Positions 1 to 12,634 of a stretch of DNA of 64,000 nt are shown piece after piece. The DNA is taken from NCBI GenBank assembly GCA_951406725.2, contig OX597823.1:38812001-38876000 (forward strand), read 5' to 3'. The DNA is from Octopus vulgaris (taxonomy: Eukaryota). Position 1 is the stretch's first letter. Every line of letters begins with the position of its first letter. The notes under the pieces are model-generated. The model was not told the origin of the DNA. It saw nothing but the letters and a program-made list of their open reading frames with translations, and ran no database searches. The translations under genes and the position numbers were made by a program.

Positions 1-142
1 TCTTATTTAAAGCTAAGAGAACTGAAACAACATGAAATGGAGTGTTTTGCTCAAGAAAACAATACACTGCCAAGTCCAGGAATTGAAACAACGACCTGAC
101 ATTTGAGTACAACATCCCAACTACTAGGCCATATACCTTTAC
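1..142 (-). mobile_element. tRNA-derived SINE, family B, 5' part (runs off the window edge)
   Basis: The reverse complement gives a head ggcctagtagttggga..gtttcaattcctgg (A/B-box-like) followed by tgttttcttgagcaaaacactccatttcatgttg. It aligns by eye with copies at 12420, 36255 and 36750. Confidence 0.7.
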
Positions 143-1191
143 AAGACACCTATAGTGGTCTATAAATTCACTTCGAAATTCTCATAAACACTTGCACGTT
201 TATAAAACATTGTCTGGTCATTTATCTTTAATTGTCAATGTCTTGACTAATGTCTAAAATATTAAGTTTGCTCCTGAATTGTGGATTCTTTTTTTTTTTT
301 TAGAGAAGGATTAGGATTAGGAGTAAAGGCCTATACTGCAAAGTAAATATAAAGTAGGATCAATACCACCCACCCAACATCTTTCACACACACACATACA
401 ATGTCCCCACCTACATCTCTCACTTTCTCCTTGTCTCATATACACAAACACACACACGCAGAGCCCTACCATGCATTTCTCTCTCACACACATACATAAA
501 GAAGAAGAAGCAAAATGGGAAAAGATTGCATAAAAAGTAATATAGAAAAATTGGGGACAAAAAAGTAAATGTAATAGACTTAAATAAACACAGAAACCAT
601 CTTGAAAACAATTTTAGCAGACAAATATGCACAAATGCATGTATATATACGTGCATACATACATATACAAGCACACACATATATGTGCATACACATAGAT
701 GTACATATATAGACAGGTGTAAAGAGATACATAAATGTTCAGCTCTACAGGCAGTAAAGTGACAGAAGGGTTACCATATTAAAGAAAATAAGCACATAAA
801 GGGGCTTCTAGAACTAGTAGCTAAATCTCCCTCTAATCACACCCCATAGTTTTTAAAACAAAAGTTTTGTTAGATAATATAGTCATATATACATTGTATT
901 TGAATAAAAAATGGAGTGATTGTGGCTGGAATATCTTTGATCATAGCTTTGCTTAATTTTGGCTGATAAAAATACCAAAAACAGCAGCAGAAGAAACAGT
1001 GAATCATAGTCAGTAAACAATGCATGCCAGAAATGTAAGACATTTTGTTGGTAGACCAAACAATGGCATTTGTTTCTATTCACCAATATTTGGATTCAAG
1101 TTTTGAGGAAGAAAAATGTTATGATAAAATGAAAGAAAAAACAATGAGAAGCAGTTATAGAAAAAGAAAACAGAACTATTAAGCATACTCC

Positions 1192-1322
1192 AGGTACAGA
1201 TGTGGCTGTGTGGTAAAGAAACTTGCTCCCCAACCTTGTGGTCTTGGGTTCAGTTCCACTGTGGCAACTTGGGCAAGTGTCTTCTACTATACCTCTGGGC
1301 CATCACACATACTTTTGCTCTG

Positions 1323-1365
<43 letters not shown>

Positions 1366-1612
1366 ATACATATATTAGTGTCTCCTAGTGCTGACATCAT
1401 GTGACTGCTGAAAGTGAGTATCACTGTCATGCAAGCAGTGTTGTTTGTTTCCAGTCATCTTTGAAACACAATCGGCCATGGGGAAATATTACTTTGCTTG
1501 GAAATGGGTAAAGGTGAGAGGCAAAGAGGGTATGAAACCATAGAAAATCTTATTCAATAAATTGCGTCTGACCCATGTCAGCATGGGAAAAGAGACTTTA
1601 AATGATGATAAT
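1192..1612 (+). mobile_element. tRNA-derived SINE with family-A head and RTE-LINE-like 3' tail
   Basis: Head gtggctgtgtggtaa..gggttcagttccact..cttgggcaagtgtcttctactata, internal (TG)n, and tail gacccatgtcagcatgggaaaagagactttaaatgatgat matching the RTE 3' ends in this window. Confidence 0.75.
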
Positions 1613-3988
1613 GCATGACTTCAGTATCATATCTGGCAAGAGATTTCAATGTCTCAAGAAGTCCTCTCATGCTTATACAAGTTATGGGTTTTGATCTTCT
1701 CTTTCTTGAACACATACACATGTACATGCATACACTCACTCCCACTCTCTCTCTCTCACACACACACACAATGTTAAATAAATAATTATTCCTAAAGCAA
1801 GTACCTGCTGTGACAAAACTAAAATTATAGCATAAAAGCTGACATGCCCCAGTTCAGACATCAAATCCTTACAAATTCCATATTACCGGTGCACCCAGAC
1901 TTGAGAGCAACATCAAGGTGAAAGCAGGCATGCCACACAATCAGACATTAATTTCCAAACTGATTATTTTGTCATGACCCCAGTAACATTCTTTTGAAAA
2001 CCTATGGCAAGTAATTGGCTAGTCGGCACTTGTTTTATTGTTCACTTCCGCATTCAGCATAGCCTATGAAGCAAATAGAGACCTCCACTTTACAAAAACG
2101 AAGAACAAAAAGAAGAAAGTAGACATGTTTACTGAGCTATATGGATTGAGGTTAATTATAGAGGGGAGACAGACTAAAATAGATATTTATAGAAGTTCCT
2201 TTTTAAAGTAATGTGTTAAAAGCCAACAGACAATGACAAAAAAAAAAAAGCATCTTAAACTGACTTAGCCATGTTTAAAAGTTAAACATTAAAATTATTA
2301 TCAAAAGATTTATTTTAGAACAAACAAAATATTTCTTGGATGAATGGGGTTTTCTCCTTATTTGCAGAAATATCGATAAAACTAAAGTGCTTTAACACAA
2401 AAGACACCGTAACCTGATAATGTTTTTATTTTTATTGATTTTCCAAAGTGAATAATAGATGATCAAAAGTAGTAACCATATTGGCTTTAGACTAAAAAAT
2501 AAATAAATAAATTATATTGATACAACTGAATTTTTTTCTAATTTAAATGATTTTGCCAACAAAATGTGTTGCAAAGTTATATTATTACCACTCACAGGAG
2601 ATTCGTTTTAAATTCTTCTTAATATAAAAACTCATGTCTGTGAGCAATCTTTGGAATAGATTGGTGCAAAATAAAAGGCAATTTTTCAATGGACAGTCGT
2701 CAGTATTATTTCACAAATCGTCATCTCAATAAATCTTGTACATTCAAAAATGCCTAAGACTGGTGGCAGCAGCAGTAGTATTGCAGTTGTCATCATTATC
2801 ATAATCATTATTTTTAACATCTACTTTTCCACATTTGCATGGGTGAGATGTAAATCTTACGGAGACAGATTTTCAATGGCTGGATGCTTTTCTTGTCACA
2901 AACCATCATGTTTTCAAGCAAGTTAGTATTTACCTTAATCTTCCAAACACAAATAGCACAATGGCTAAATGAGTTTCCAAAGAAGATTGAAACAGACATC
3001 ACTACTTGTATAATGGTGATGCTCATTTACAGCAATCACACAATATCAGGAGTAGGAAACACACTCACACACAAATACAACAGGTTTCTTTCTGTTTCTG
3101 TTTTCCAAATCCAGTTGCAAAGCTGATCAACTCAGGACTATAGTAGCAGATATGTGTCCAAGGTGTCACATAGTGGGATTGAACCTGAAACCATGAAACA
3201 ACTTCTTAACCACACATATACATAGCTTCACACATATACATAGCTTCACACGTATACATGGCTTCACTTAAGCCATGCTTGTGCCTAAGATATCTACTAT
3301 AAAATAAAACTGAAACTGATAAGATAAAACTCTATTAAGAGGGTAAATAGTTTAATAATCATAAAAGGAAATGTGTGTATAAACAGGAACACATGATCAG
3401 TGTTGTTCACCAGGCCTTTATTTAAAATGTTTCCTAACTTCATAAGTATGTTAATTTGAAGTACTATTATATGCAACACATTTATCCAACATTATTCAGC
3501 TAAAATCTATTTCCAGCAAATTAGATAAACCTAAACCTATAATATCCAAAAAGTGGTTTGAAATAAACTGAGAATCCATAACAACTTCAGAATCAAATGT
3601 CTTAACTTCAGAACCAGTAAAAAACTATAAGAAATCTATAGATACACACCACAAACCAATAACAGAATCCAAAATTAAAACTTATAAACCTATAAATAAC
3701 CATACCTACAAATATATAGTATTCAATCTATCAGATAACTTTAGAAATATAACCAGCTGAGGGATAGACTAAATAAAACCAGAAATCCCCTTCCCCACTA
3801 GTATTCTATTCTCAGTTATGTTTAGCCACTAGTGAAGAAGAAAGACTGTTGCACATTGGTGCTTTCTCAATAATTTTGAAATCCCACCTCCAGCTCCAAT
3901 GATTCAAGCAATCCCTATATTTGTAGATAAATTCCTACAGCAACAACTTTAGTTTTGAAGAGAAACATGAAACATGATTCTTGCTACG

Positions 3989-4360
3989 TCATCATCATCA
4001 TCATCATCATCATCATCGTTTAACGTCCGTTCTCCATGCTAGCATGGGTTGGACGGTTCGACCGGGGATCTGGGAAGCCAGAAGTCTGCACCAGGCTCCA
4101 GTCTTATCTGGCAATGTTTCTACAGCTGGATGCCCTTCCTAACGCCAACCACTCCGTGAGTGTAGTGGGTGCTTTTTACGTGCCACCTGCACAGGTGCCA
4201 GGCGAGGCTGGCAACGGCCACGGTCGGATTGGTGTATTTTATGTGCCACCGGCACGGAAGCCAGTCGAGGCGGCGCTGACATCGGCCACGAGTCGGATAG
4301 TGCTTTTTACGTACCACCAGACCAGGGATCCTGGCTGGTTCAATTTGATTTCGATTTCGA
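3989..4360 (-). mobile_element. RTE-clade LINE 3' UTR fragment, young copy
   Basis: (CAT)n tail followed by cgtttaacgtccgttctccatgctagcatgggttggacgg. This is the same 3' end that follows the RT remnants at 18942-21124. About 8 differences from 28050-28392 by eye. Confidence 0.8.
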
Positions 4361-5359
4361 AAATAAATGGAAATGGTTTGTTTAACAATGCAATAGAATG
4401 GTTGAAACAGAATTCAACTTCACGGCTGGAAATTGCAATAAAAATGTTGGTCAAATTCTAAATGAAATTTTGGCCATTCATAGTAAAGTTGTTTTTTCCT
4501 GCATTTGATTTGGAGGATATATGAAACTGATGGGTTTCACAGTCCCTCCAAGACTGGTGTCATTGGTGCCATTAATGTTTTTCTGGAACTGTTGTAAGTT
4601 GTCAGATGCGGGTAAAATATGTACAGGGGAAGAAATTTCAGAGGGATGACATCTTGGGGAGGAAGGGATGGATGTATAGTGCTTACAGTGGAGCCTGGGT
4701 AGAAAACTCTATGGTGGTGATAAGAGGAAGAGAGAAGAAAGGTAGGAGTAACTAACTAGAGATATCACAAAACCAACCAGTACTAAAGAACAGAAATCAC
4801 CACAGTAGCAGTAGAAAAAGATATTTGAATCATCTTAAACAAAAATGCATAGAAAATTAAATTGATATTTATAGCAGGATTTATAAGTAATTAATAATAA
4901 AAAAAGGTGTTAAATAACAGTATTGTGGGAGTATTTGCTGTAAATGTTAAAGCCATGCTATATGAGACCAAACTTAAGAAACTTGGATTACATATAGCTG
5001 TAGTTTGTTAATGGGGATCTTAATCTACATAGTATCAAGATAGAGTATTATATATGAGAAGAAAGATATATATATATGTAACTAATTTTTGTGTATGTAT
5101 ACTTATATGCATGTATGTATGAGATCATATATACATATATAAATTAGTGTGCTATTTCATCCATGGTTTACAGTTCCAAATTGAATGCTCAGTGCCTTGT
5201 CTACCGGAGTTCTGATACTGTTGAGGTAAACTAAATTTTTTATCTCTCTGGGATTGATGAAATAAGCACTGCTAATACAGTACTGGTGTAGTAGTAGTAA
5301 ACCTAATACTTAGAAAACAAAATAAATCACTATATATATATGCAACCCCACATACACAA

Positions 5360-5572
5360 CTTTTTACTTGTTTCAGTGATTAGACTGCGACCATGCTGGG
5401 GCACAACCCTGAAGAATTTTTAGTTGAATGAGTCAACCCATGTGCCTTTTTTTTTTTTTAAAACCTGATACTTATAATATTGGTCTCTTTTGCCAAACAG
5501 CTAAGTTATGGGGATGCAAACACACCAACACAGGTTGTCAAATGACAGTAGGGGGACAAACTTAAGCACAAA

Positions 5573-5617
<45 letters not shown>

Positions 5618-5890
5618 ATATACTTTTATTAAAGCTGCAAAAATTTTCACAAATTGTTACTCTGAATTTTACATTCCCACTTATCGAAATTTGTGATCAT
5701 ACTCATGTGAATGTGTGTGTGTGTGTGTGTGTGTGTGTACACAAAAGGTTTCTTTCAGTTTCTATCTCTCAAATCCACTCATAAAGCTTTGGTTGGCCTG
5801 AAGCTATAGGAGAAGACACTTGCCCAAGGTGCCACACAGTGTGACTGAACCCAGAACCATGTGGTTGTGAAGCAAGCTTACCACACAGCT
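5360..5890 (-). mobile_element. tRNA-derived SINE, family A, interrupted by (CA)n and a ~100-bp insert
   Basis: Tail tacttgtttcagtgattagactgcgaccatgctgg and head gaagacacttgcccaaggtgccacacagtgtgactgaacccagaaccatgtgg; homologous to 43418-43829. Confidence 0.8.
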
Positions 5891-6840
5891 TGTTTGATAT
5901 TTATTTTGCAAGAGTTAAAAAATATGAAAAGAACCATTAAAAAAAATTACATGTAAAAAAAGCAATTTAATAATAAGTTTTTATAGAAAAGAACACATTC
6001 ATACTTACACTCACACACACACACACAAATATGTACACACTTTTATACACACACACAGAATTTTTTTATGCAACAATTTTGTTTTGAATTTTAGATTTAA
6101 ATACAAAACTGATAACTCCCTCCCACTCCCACCACATAAAGCAAATAACCATTTCTAAAGAAATACCAAAACTTTGAAGTTATTTGTATTCTGAAAATGC
6201 TGTATTGCTGCTTTTACTATTTTAGCCATATAGAATTGTGATGCAAGGTGAAAATATCATTGACTGAGCAGAAGACTTGGAAATACCAGCATAAAGTTTT
6301 AATGAAACATAATCTGAAATATAAATAATAACCTTTTGATGTAAATAAATAAATAAATTCTTTTTCTTTCTCTCAGTTTGTATTTTTTCCTTTTATCTAA
6401 TTTATATTTAATAATAACTTGTGCAAATGTTGGTTGCTTGGTTGTATAATATCTCCTATCATGCTTTACATCTTATAAAATGAGAGAGAATAAAAAAGAG
6501 AGAGTTAAGGTGAGACATGCAGGATGAAAGTCTTACAATTTTCTACAAAACTGATGAATATTTTAATGAAATTTTGCAGAGGTAGGTTTTAGAAAAATAA
6601 TAGCAGAGGTAGGTTTTAGTAAAATAATAATGTATAAACAAATCAGAAATTCGTTTTATTTAATTTACTGTGAGTTAATGATTATTTTTCTTTAAAAAAG
6701 ATTAGTATTCCTTATTTCATCATTTTGTACAAGCACTCAAGAAAGTTGGTAACAGTTAAATTATTCTATGTATGCCATATTTCCTGATATTACCTGTAGT
6801 GGTAAAAGTATACTTATCAGCATATGATAGACAACTCTCA

Positions 6841-6849
6841 AGAAGAAGA

Positions 6850-6896
<47 letters not shown>

Positions 6897-6925
6897 CAGC
6901 AGCAGCTCTTTCTACTATAGGCACA

Positions 6926-6960
<35 letters not shown>

Positions 6961-6965
6961 TGATA
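6841..6965. repeat. Compound (AGA)(TAG)(CAG)(TAA) microsatellite containing a family-C SINE tail stub
   Basis: Directly visible trinucleotide runs; ctttctactataggcacaa matches the family-C 3' end. Confidence 0.85.
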
Positions 6966-7113
6966 AGATATTAAATTAAAATAGACTGATAGGGACATCC
7001 TATGAGACAACCTAGATGAAATGAAGAGGAAGGTAAAAATAGATTAAAATAGGGAAGTTTATCATTTTTATTATGCATGAATATTTTTATATGAAATTAA
7101 TACTATTGATTTT

Positions 7114-7232
7114 GCAGCATGGAAGGTGTTTATAAGTATTTAAAAACACACAAAAACCGTTAGATTCAATTTGTCAAAATATTTTTGTCGCTTTGAAACC
7201 AAGACCTGTTCACTGACAAAATTCCATGCTCC
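7114..7232. mobile_element. Short element with 11-bp terminal inverted repeats
   Basis: gcagcatggaa ... ttccatgctcc (one mismatch), with an internal tttgtca/tgacaaa inverted pair. Confidence 0.4.
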
Positions 7233-7779
7233 ATCTGAGAAAGTAACAATTAGTTCATGGCAGGTAGGTATGTGTGCATGTAAGTATGTGTACATGCATA
7301 TGCATTTGTGCACGCATATATGTATGTATGTATGTATGTATGCATGCATGTATGTGCATATGTATCTATGTACTTGTATATGTATGTGAGTATTTAGGTA
7401 TGTAAGTGTATAGACATGTCTATGGGTGTGTATGTGTGTATGTACATGTGAACGTATGTTTATGTACTAATTTTCTTCCGTAAGTAGTAGTTAATACAGA
7501 TTTTTAACAGCAAGTAAATTTGAAGAGGCCTGACAAGAGCTGGAAGATCTTGAAGTGCAGAATAGAATGAACTATCACTAAATGATGTCAGCATGACCTA
7601 ATGGTCAAAGATGGTAGTTCTCTGTTGTAGCTGTTACCATGAATCATACCAGAATAGCAGCCATTATCAGTAAATGTCAAAGTAAGACAGCAAATAACTG
7701 AAATCGAAAAGAATCTCTCTTTTTCATGTGTATATGTATGTATGTGTGTATGTGTGTTTATATATATATATATACTCAT

Positions 7780-8065
7780 TGATTTAATGTTCACTTTTCC
7801 ATGGTGCAGATGGAATTCACTGAGGTGGATTTTCGATGGCCCAAATGTCCTTCCTGATACCAACCTTCACCTGTGTCTAAGCTAGGTAATGTTTCCCCTT
7901 TGGCAAGATATGTTTACACAGAATATTGGAAAAAAAGGAGACTGCTTGTATGACAGAGACACTTATTTACAAAAATTGCATGATAAGAACACCTCCATGC
8001 ATACAAGCTCATAGTTTATATACATATATGAACTTGTCTCATTTTCCATCTCCCAAATCCATTCA
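7780..8065 (-). mobile_element. Degenerate RTE-tailed family-A SINE
   Basis: tttaatgttcacttttccatg tail, ccttcctgataccaaccttcacctg, tccatctcccaaatccattcac; parallels 16200-16600. Confidence 0.6.
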
Positions 8066-10154
8066 CATAGTTTTATGTTCCACCAAGACCCAATAACATA
8101 AAAAAATGACAATAAAAATGATGAGCAGTGGAGCGGGGGCAGGTAGTGTCAGTGGTGAGAGTGATAATGATGATGATGATGATGATTTAGCACAAGGCCA
8201 TTTATATAAAGGAGTAGTAAGGGGCACAGCTGATTGGATTGACAGGAGTATGTTACTGCCATTTATCTTACTAAACCTTGCATAAATTGAGGAGTGAAAG
8301 ATAAACCCTGACTGCTCCAAAAGGTATTACAATAATAAATAAATAAATTAACAAACAAACAAACAACAACTTCAGTGCAAATTGAAATGTGAGCACCTAT
8401 GTTTCTCATCAGATACCATAAATCATCTGGCTTGCTATAAATGTGTGAAATCTAGCAAAAAATGATGATAGTGTCTTCTGCATGAAATCTAGCAAAAGTA
8501 TATTGGTGACTGTAAGAACTCTAGTAACAAACATTACAATGGTATTTTCTAAGAACAACATTAATTTTTGTAGAAATTAATCTGCATTATTCAACAGTGT
8601 TGAAACTAATTTCATCAAACCAGGATGAAGCAAAGTCACAAATGAATCAGGTTTGATATGAGTTCAGGATCTAGAAGGACAAGACTAAATATTATAAAAT
8701 AATTTAGTCCAGCACTGTAGTATTTGAGATAACTTCTTTGCCACCACCACCAACAACAACAATAATTTTTTACAGGCCACACATTTTGTCAATGGATATG
8801 ATTCATTTAATTAATATCATTACCTGACCAGTACTTATTGTACTGACCATCCCAGAAGGATGAAAAGCAAAATCGAAGTGTGTAATATTTGAGTACAGAG
8901 TGTAAAGGGACATGATATCAACAGTGTCATCGAAGACACATTGTCCAGTGCTCTACTAACCATGCTGTCCAAGGTGCATCATAATTACCTTCTTCATACA
9001 AATCATTTACATATTCCTTTGTATTATCAAAAGGGCTAATAAATGTCTGAATTACTAATATTATAAAAAAAAAAAATCAAGGTTCAGATGACTGTAAGGA
9101 CCAACTTTTGTTTAGTAAAATAATTAGAGAACTTTCAACAAAATACAGAAAAAGACTTGTCCATAGCAGAGACTGACCACACTTCAAAACATTCCATAAA
9201 GTTCCTGATTGGCTCCTGTAGATAATAGAAATGTAATAGTGATGCCAATGACAAAAAAATGAAAAAATACAAATGGCAAATTGAAAACCATAAATTAATC
9301 TGTTCTGATACTAGTATTTTAGTGACAAATGTCAATGAGAAAGTTGGCATATTACAAGATGATTCTATCAAACTTTTGTTTACTTAAAACTGGTACTAGC
9401 AAATCTATTACTGAAGGATACAAAGCGAGGTTTACAGGAATGATAATACTAAAGAAGTAAAATCTATTGAATGAAGTGAGGACTTGAATAGACACAAGAA
9501 TAGCGAAATAGAGAGGCAGGATCCATTTGGGATTCATCTGGAGGTATGAGAATAGTGGTGAAGTAGAAGATGTAGAAGAAAGAACAGAAATAAGTCTGCA
9601 TGATATAGCATATAGAGTGATGACAAATAAATAAAAGACAAAGTAAGGAAATAACGAAATTGATGTATAAGTAGCTTTAATGACAGAGCTTAATTTAGTC
9701 AAATATCCTGGTCATGTCATTGCTGTTATATGTATTAACATTATTAATTGGACCAAGACTAAAAAAGAATGATTGGGAAAACAAAAAATTTACAAACAAA
9801 GCATAAAATTCAGCAGCCTAAAGCAGACTTTGAATAAAGCATGTAAATAAAGAATGACATCTGACAGAGTCAGATGTTGTTGATTAAGATCCCCATGGCA
9901 ATGTTGAGAAATTATCAAATGGCATCAATTCATCTGATGTTAAACTTAATGAAGGTATAAATAATTCAATCAGCTCTACTCATCCAGGGTCATAAACACA
10001 CCCAACAATACATCTAACTATATAAATACACTCATCAATAATTGCAGACTAACAGAGCTAGGAATTGAAGAGAATATTTGAAACTTAGCATATATGCTTC
10101 TTAGGAAGAAGCATATATTCATAATATTAGACAACTTAATAAGATGCCAGAAAA

Positions 10155-10330
10155 ATTACTTAGCAGCATTTCTTTTGAATTTACATTTTCAGTTCAAATG
10201 CTGCCAGGGTTTATTTTGTCTTTCATCCTTTTGGAGTTGATAAAATAAGTGCCAGTCAAACACTGGAGTCAACGTAGTTGACTTACATCTCCCCTGAAAT
10301 TGCTGGCCTTGTGCCAAAATTTGAAACCAA
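10155..10330 (+). mobile_element. SINE family C (ctttcatccttttggagttgataaaataag core)
   Basis: Core and tail ggccttgtgccaaaatttgaaacca shared with 12061-12275 and the inverted copies at 24.5-25.2 kb. Confidence 0.7.
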
Positions 10331-10789
10331 TATTAGATAACCTAATAACAAAGCAGAAACTGTAACATGGATTAGAAGAACAGAAGTTTGAGAAGCAACA
10401 AAGTAGTAGCAATGGCAGTCTGAGAATAAACACGGCTGTGAGATATTACAAAACACTAAGCCTATTGGTAGTATGAACTTGCTGGTGCTACTACATAGAG
10501 GTACAACAGAGAATTAAGTGGAGGCAGATGAGGTACAGCAAAAGAGCAGCAGTAAGTGTACTGATAGTAGCAGCAGACGAATATCAGAAACTGATATCCA
10601 GAATTACAAAGTGAAGATATTGAAACCAACAAATTAATACTAAATGCAATTTAGTATTAATGCTAAAGGCAATTTGATGAAACAGTCAAAGATATTGTAT
10701 TGAGATATAACAATATTGACTAAATGAGAGTGTATGGTGATATATGTATGCATATGTGTGTGTGTACACACACACAGGCTGGTTCCAGG

Positions 10790-11026
10790 CAATGAGGGTG
10801 ATGGTACCATGAAAAGAGCACAGTTGATGGTGCCACATAAAAAGCATCCAGTATACTCTGTAAAGTGGTTGGCGTTAAGATGAGCATCCATCCGGAGAAA
10901 CCCTGCGAGAACAGACAATAGGGCTTAATGTGACCCCATCCCCACTAGCCTTATAAACTTGTGTCAAACTGTTCAACCCATGCCAGCACAGGAAACAGAT
11001 GTTAAATTATGATGATGATGATGATG
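10790..11026 (+). mobile_element. RTE LINE 3' UTR fragment, degenerate
   Basis: aaaaagcatccagtatactctgtaaagtggttggcgtt..caacccatgccagca..gatgttaaa followed by (GAT)n. Confidence 0.7.
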
Positions 11027-11532
11027 TATGTATGTATGTATGTATGTATGTATGAGTGTATGTATGTTATGTATGTATGTATGTTTGTATGTATGCATGC
11101 ATGCATAAACACATAACTGTGTTGTTACCTAATATCTAGTTATTTAATACCAGTGTGAAACTGATTTGTAAGATCAGCTAAAATGTATCTATAATACTGT
11201 ACAATTTTATTAGCACACCCACACAATTGACAAATATACATGTGCTTATTTTGCTCTGACTTATAGATTCTTAGACAACTATTCGTGTGTGTGTGTGTGC
11301 ATGTGTGTGTGTATGTGTACATATATTTACACAGTGCAGTTGATTAAAGATAACTGCCCAGATATCATCAGTAGAGCTGATAAAATAAAGCATGATGCCT
11401 CATGGGTGTGTCTACACCAATGGATAAAAGATATTTGCCAAAAGAGTGAAAACAAAACTAAAAAGTAGAAGGAACTGGAACTGAAAACCAAATAAATACT
11501 GAGTAGAGAAGGTTAGCAATGACTTGAGCTCA

Positions 11533-11642
11533 TTACAATAGGAACACTCTGCCTTATTACTATAGGAACTCTGTGCCTATTACAATAGAAACACTACAAA
11601 GGAGCATTATGCCTCACCAATAGGATCACTGTGCCTATTATT
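11533..11642. repeat. Degenerate ~23-24 bp minisatellite
   Basis: attacaataggaacactctgcctt / attactataggaactctgtgcct / attacaatagaaacact / accaataggatcactgtgcct. Confidence 0.7.
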
Positions 11643-12060
11643 TTCAAAGAAATGTTCTATTAACAAAGTAACAACTCTAGAGTAGTTCTAACACAGTCTC
11701 AGTTTCATGAGTTGTAGAAGACAATATAGTCAGTCACAAGATAAAAGACTCATAAAATTAAAGTAAAAGAACTTTTCTTTATCGCTATTAAATGGTGTTT
11801 CAGACATAACATGAAATTTTAATGGAAGGTCTTAATTTAAATTGGTTTAAAAAGAAGTGTGTATCCTAGGTGGATTTGTATCAAAAGGGCCAAAAAAGTA
11901 TAAGTTTTTAGATTAAAAGAATTAAGTTGCTATCAAGCGTATACATCTATTTTCCAAAAATACTTTTCACTTAATTTTTATAATTATTTCTTAAAGATGA
12001 ATGGTATTTTTTATTTATTTAGTTTTGCCAAACACCAGATTGAAATATTAGAAGAGGTTT

Positions 12061-12275
12061 AAGGCAGAGAGTTGGCAGAATCATTAGCAAGCCAGGCAAA
12101 ATGTTCAGTGGCATTTCATCTGTCTTTTATGTTCTGAGCTCAAATTTCGGAGTCAACTTTGCCTTTCATATTTTTGGGGTCAATAAAACAAATAACATTT
12201 GAGCACTGGGGTTGATGTAATCAACTTAGCCCCTTCCCCAAAACTGTTGGTCTTGTGCCAAAATTTGAAACCAAT
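12061..12275 (+). mobile_element. SINE family C, near full length
   Basis: ggcagagagttggcagaatcattagc..gttctgagctcaaat..gtcaactttgcctttcat..cttgtgccaaaatttgaaacc. Confidence 0.8.
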
Positions 12276-12419
12276 ATTAGAAGAGGTCTTGAAAGCTTGA
12301 CCTTAAAGTTTCTGGTTGTTGCAATGCTTAAGAATAAGACTTAGACATAGGTCTGCCATGTGGTCTGAGACTTGTAAGGCTAGAGTGTAACCTAGATTTT
12401 ATGTTGTATAAGTAACCAA

Positions 12420-12634
12420 GATTACAACACTCCTCACCTGACAGGACACCAGCCCATCACAGGGTTAACTTCCCAACTATTGCTGAAACTCATTTACAGC
12501 TGAGTGGATTGGAGTAACATGAAATGAGGGGTTTTGATCAAAGAACACAACACACCACCCAGTCATCTGGGAATTGAAACCACAATTGTAAGATCATGAG
12601 TGCATAACCCTAACCACTAGGCCACACATCTTCA
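12420..12634 (-). mobile_element. tRNA-derived SINE, family B
   Basis: Reverse complement head gtggcctagtggttaggg..gtttcaattccca, then tgttgtgttctttgatcaaaa..ccactcagctgtaaatgag. Confidence 0.75.

Noticed and set aside
2655-2700. Mariner-like TIR tagattggtgcaaaa, and a possible transposase scrap near 42290-42350
   Set aside because: Too short and unpaired to support an element call.
3211-3266. 18-bp triple repeat, and a 27-bp duplication at 6577-6631
   Set aside because: Ordinary local slippage duplications.
4036-4461. 141-aa ORF, repeated as 146 aa at 28071 and related at 14464 and 61677
   Set aside because: Antisense reading of the GC-richer RTE 3' UTR; recurrence reflects repeat copies, not a gene family.
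9352-9702. Hydrophobic 116-aa minus-strand ORF resembling a membrane protein
   Set aside because: Composition follows from a purine-rich plus strand. It may be a very old LINE C-terminus (as may 14930-15330 and 56930-57300), but the motifs are too decayed to call.
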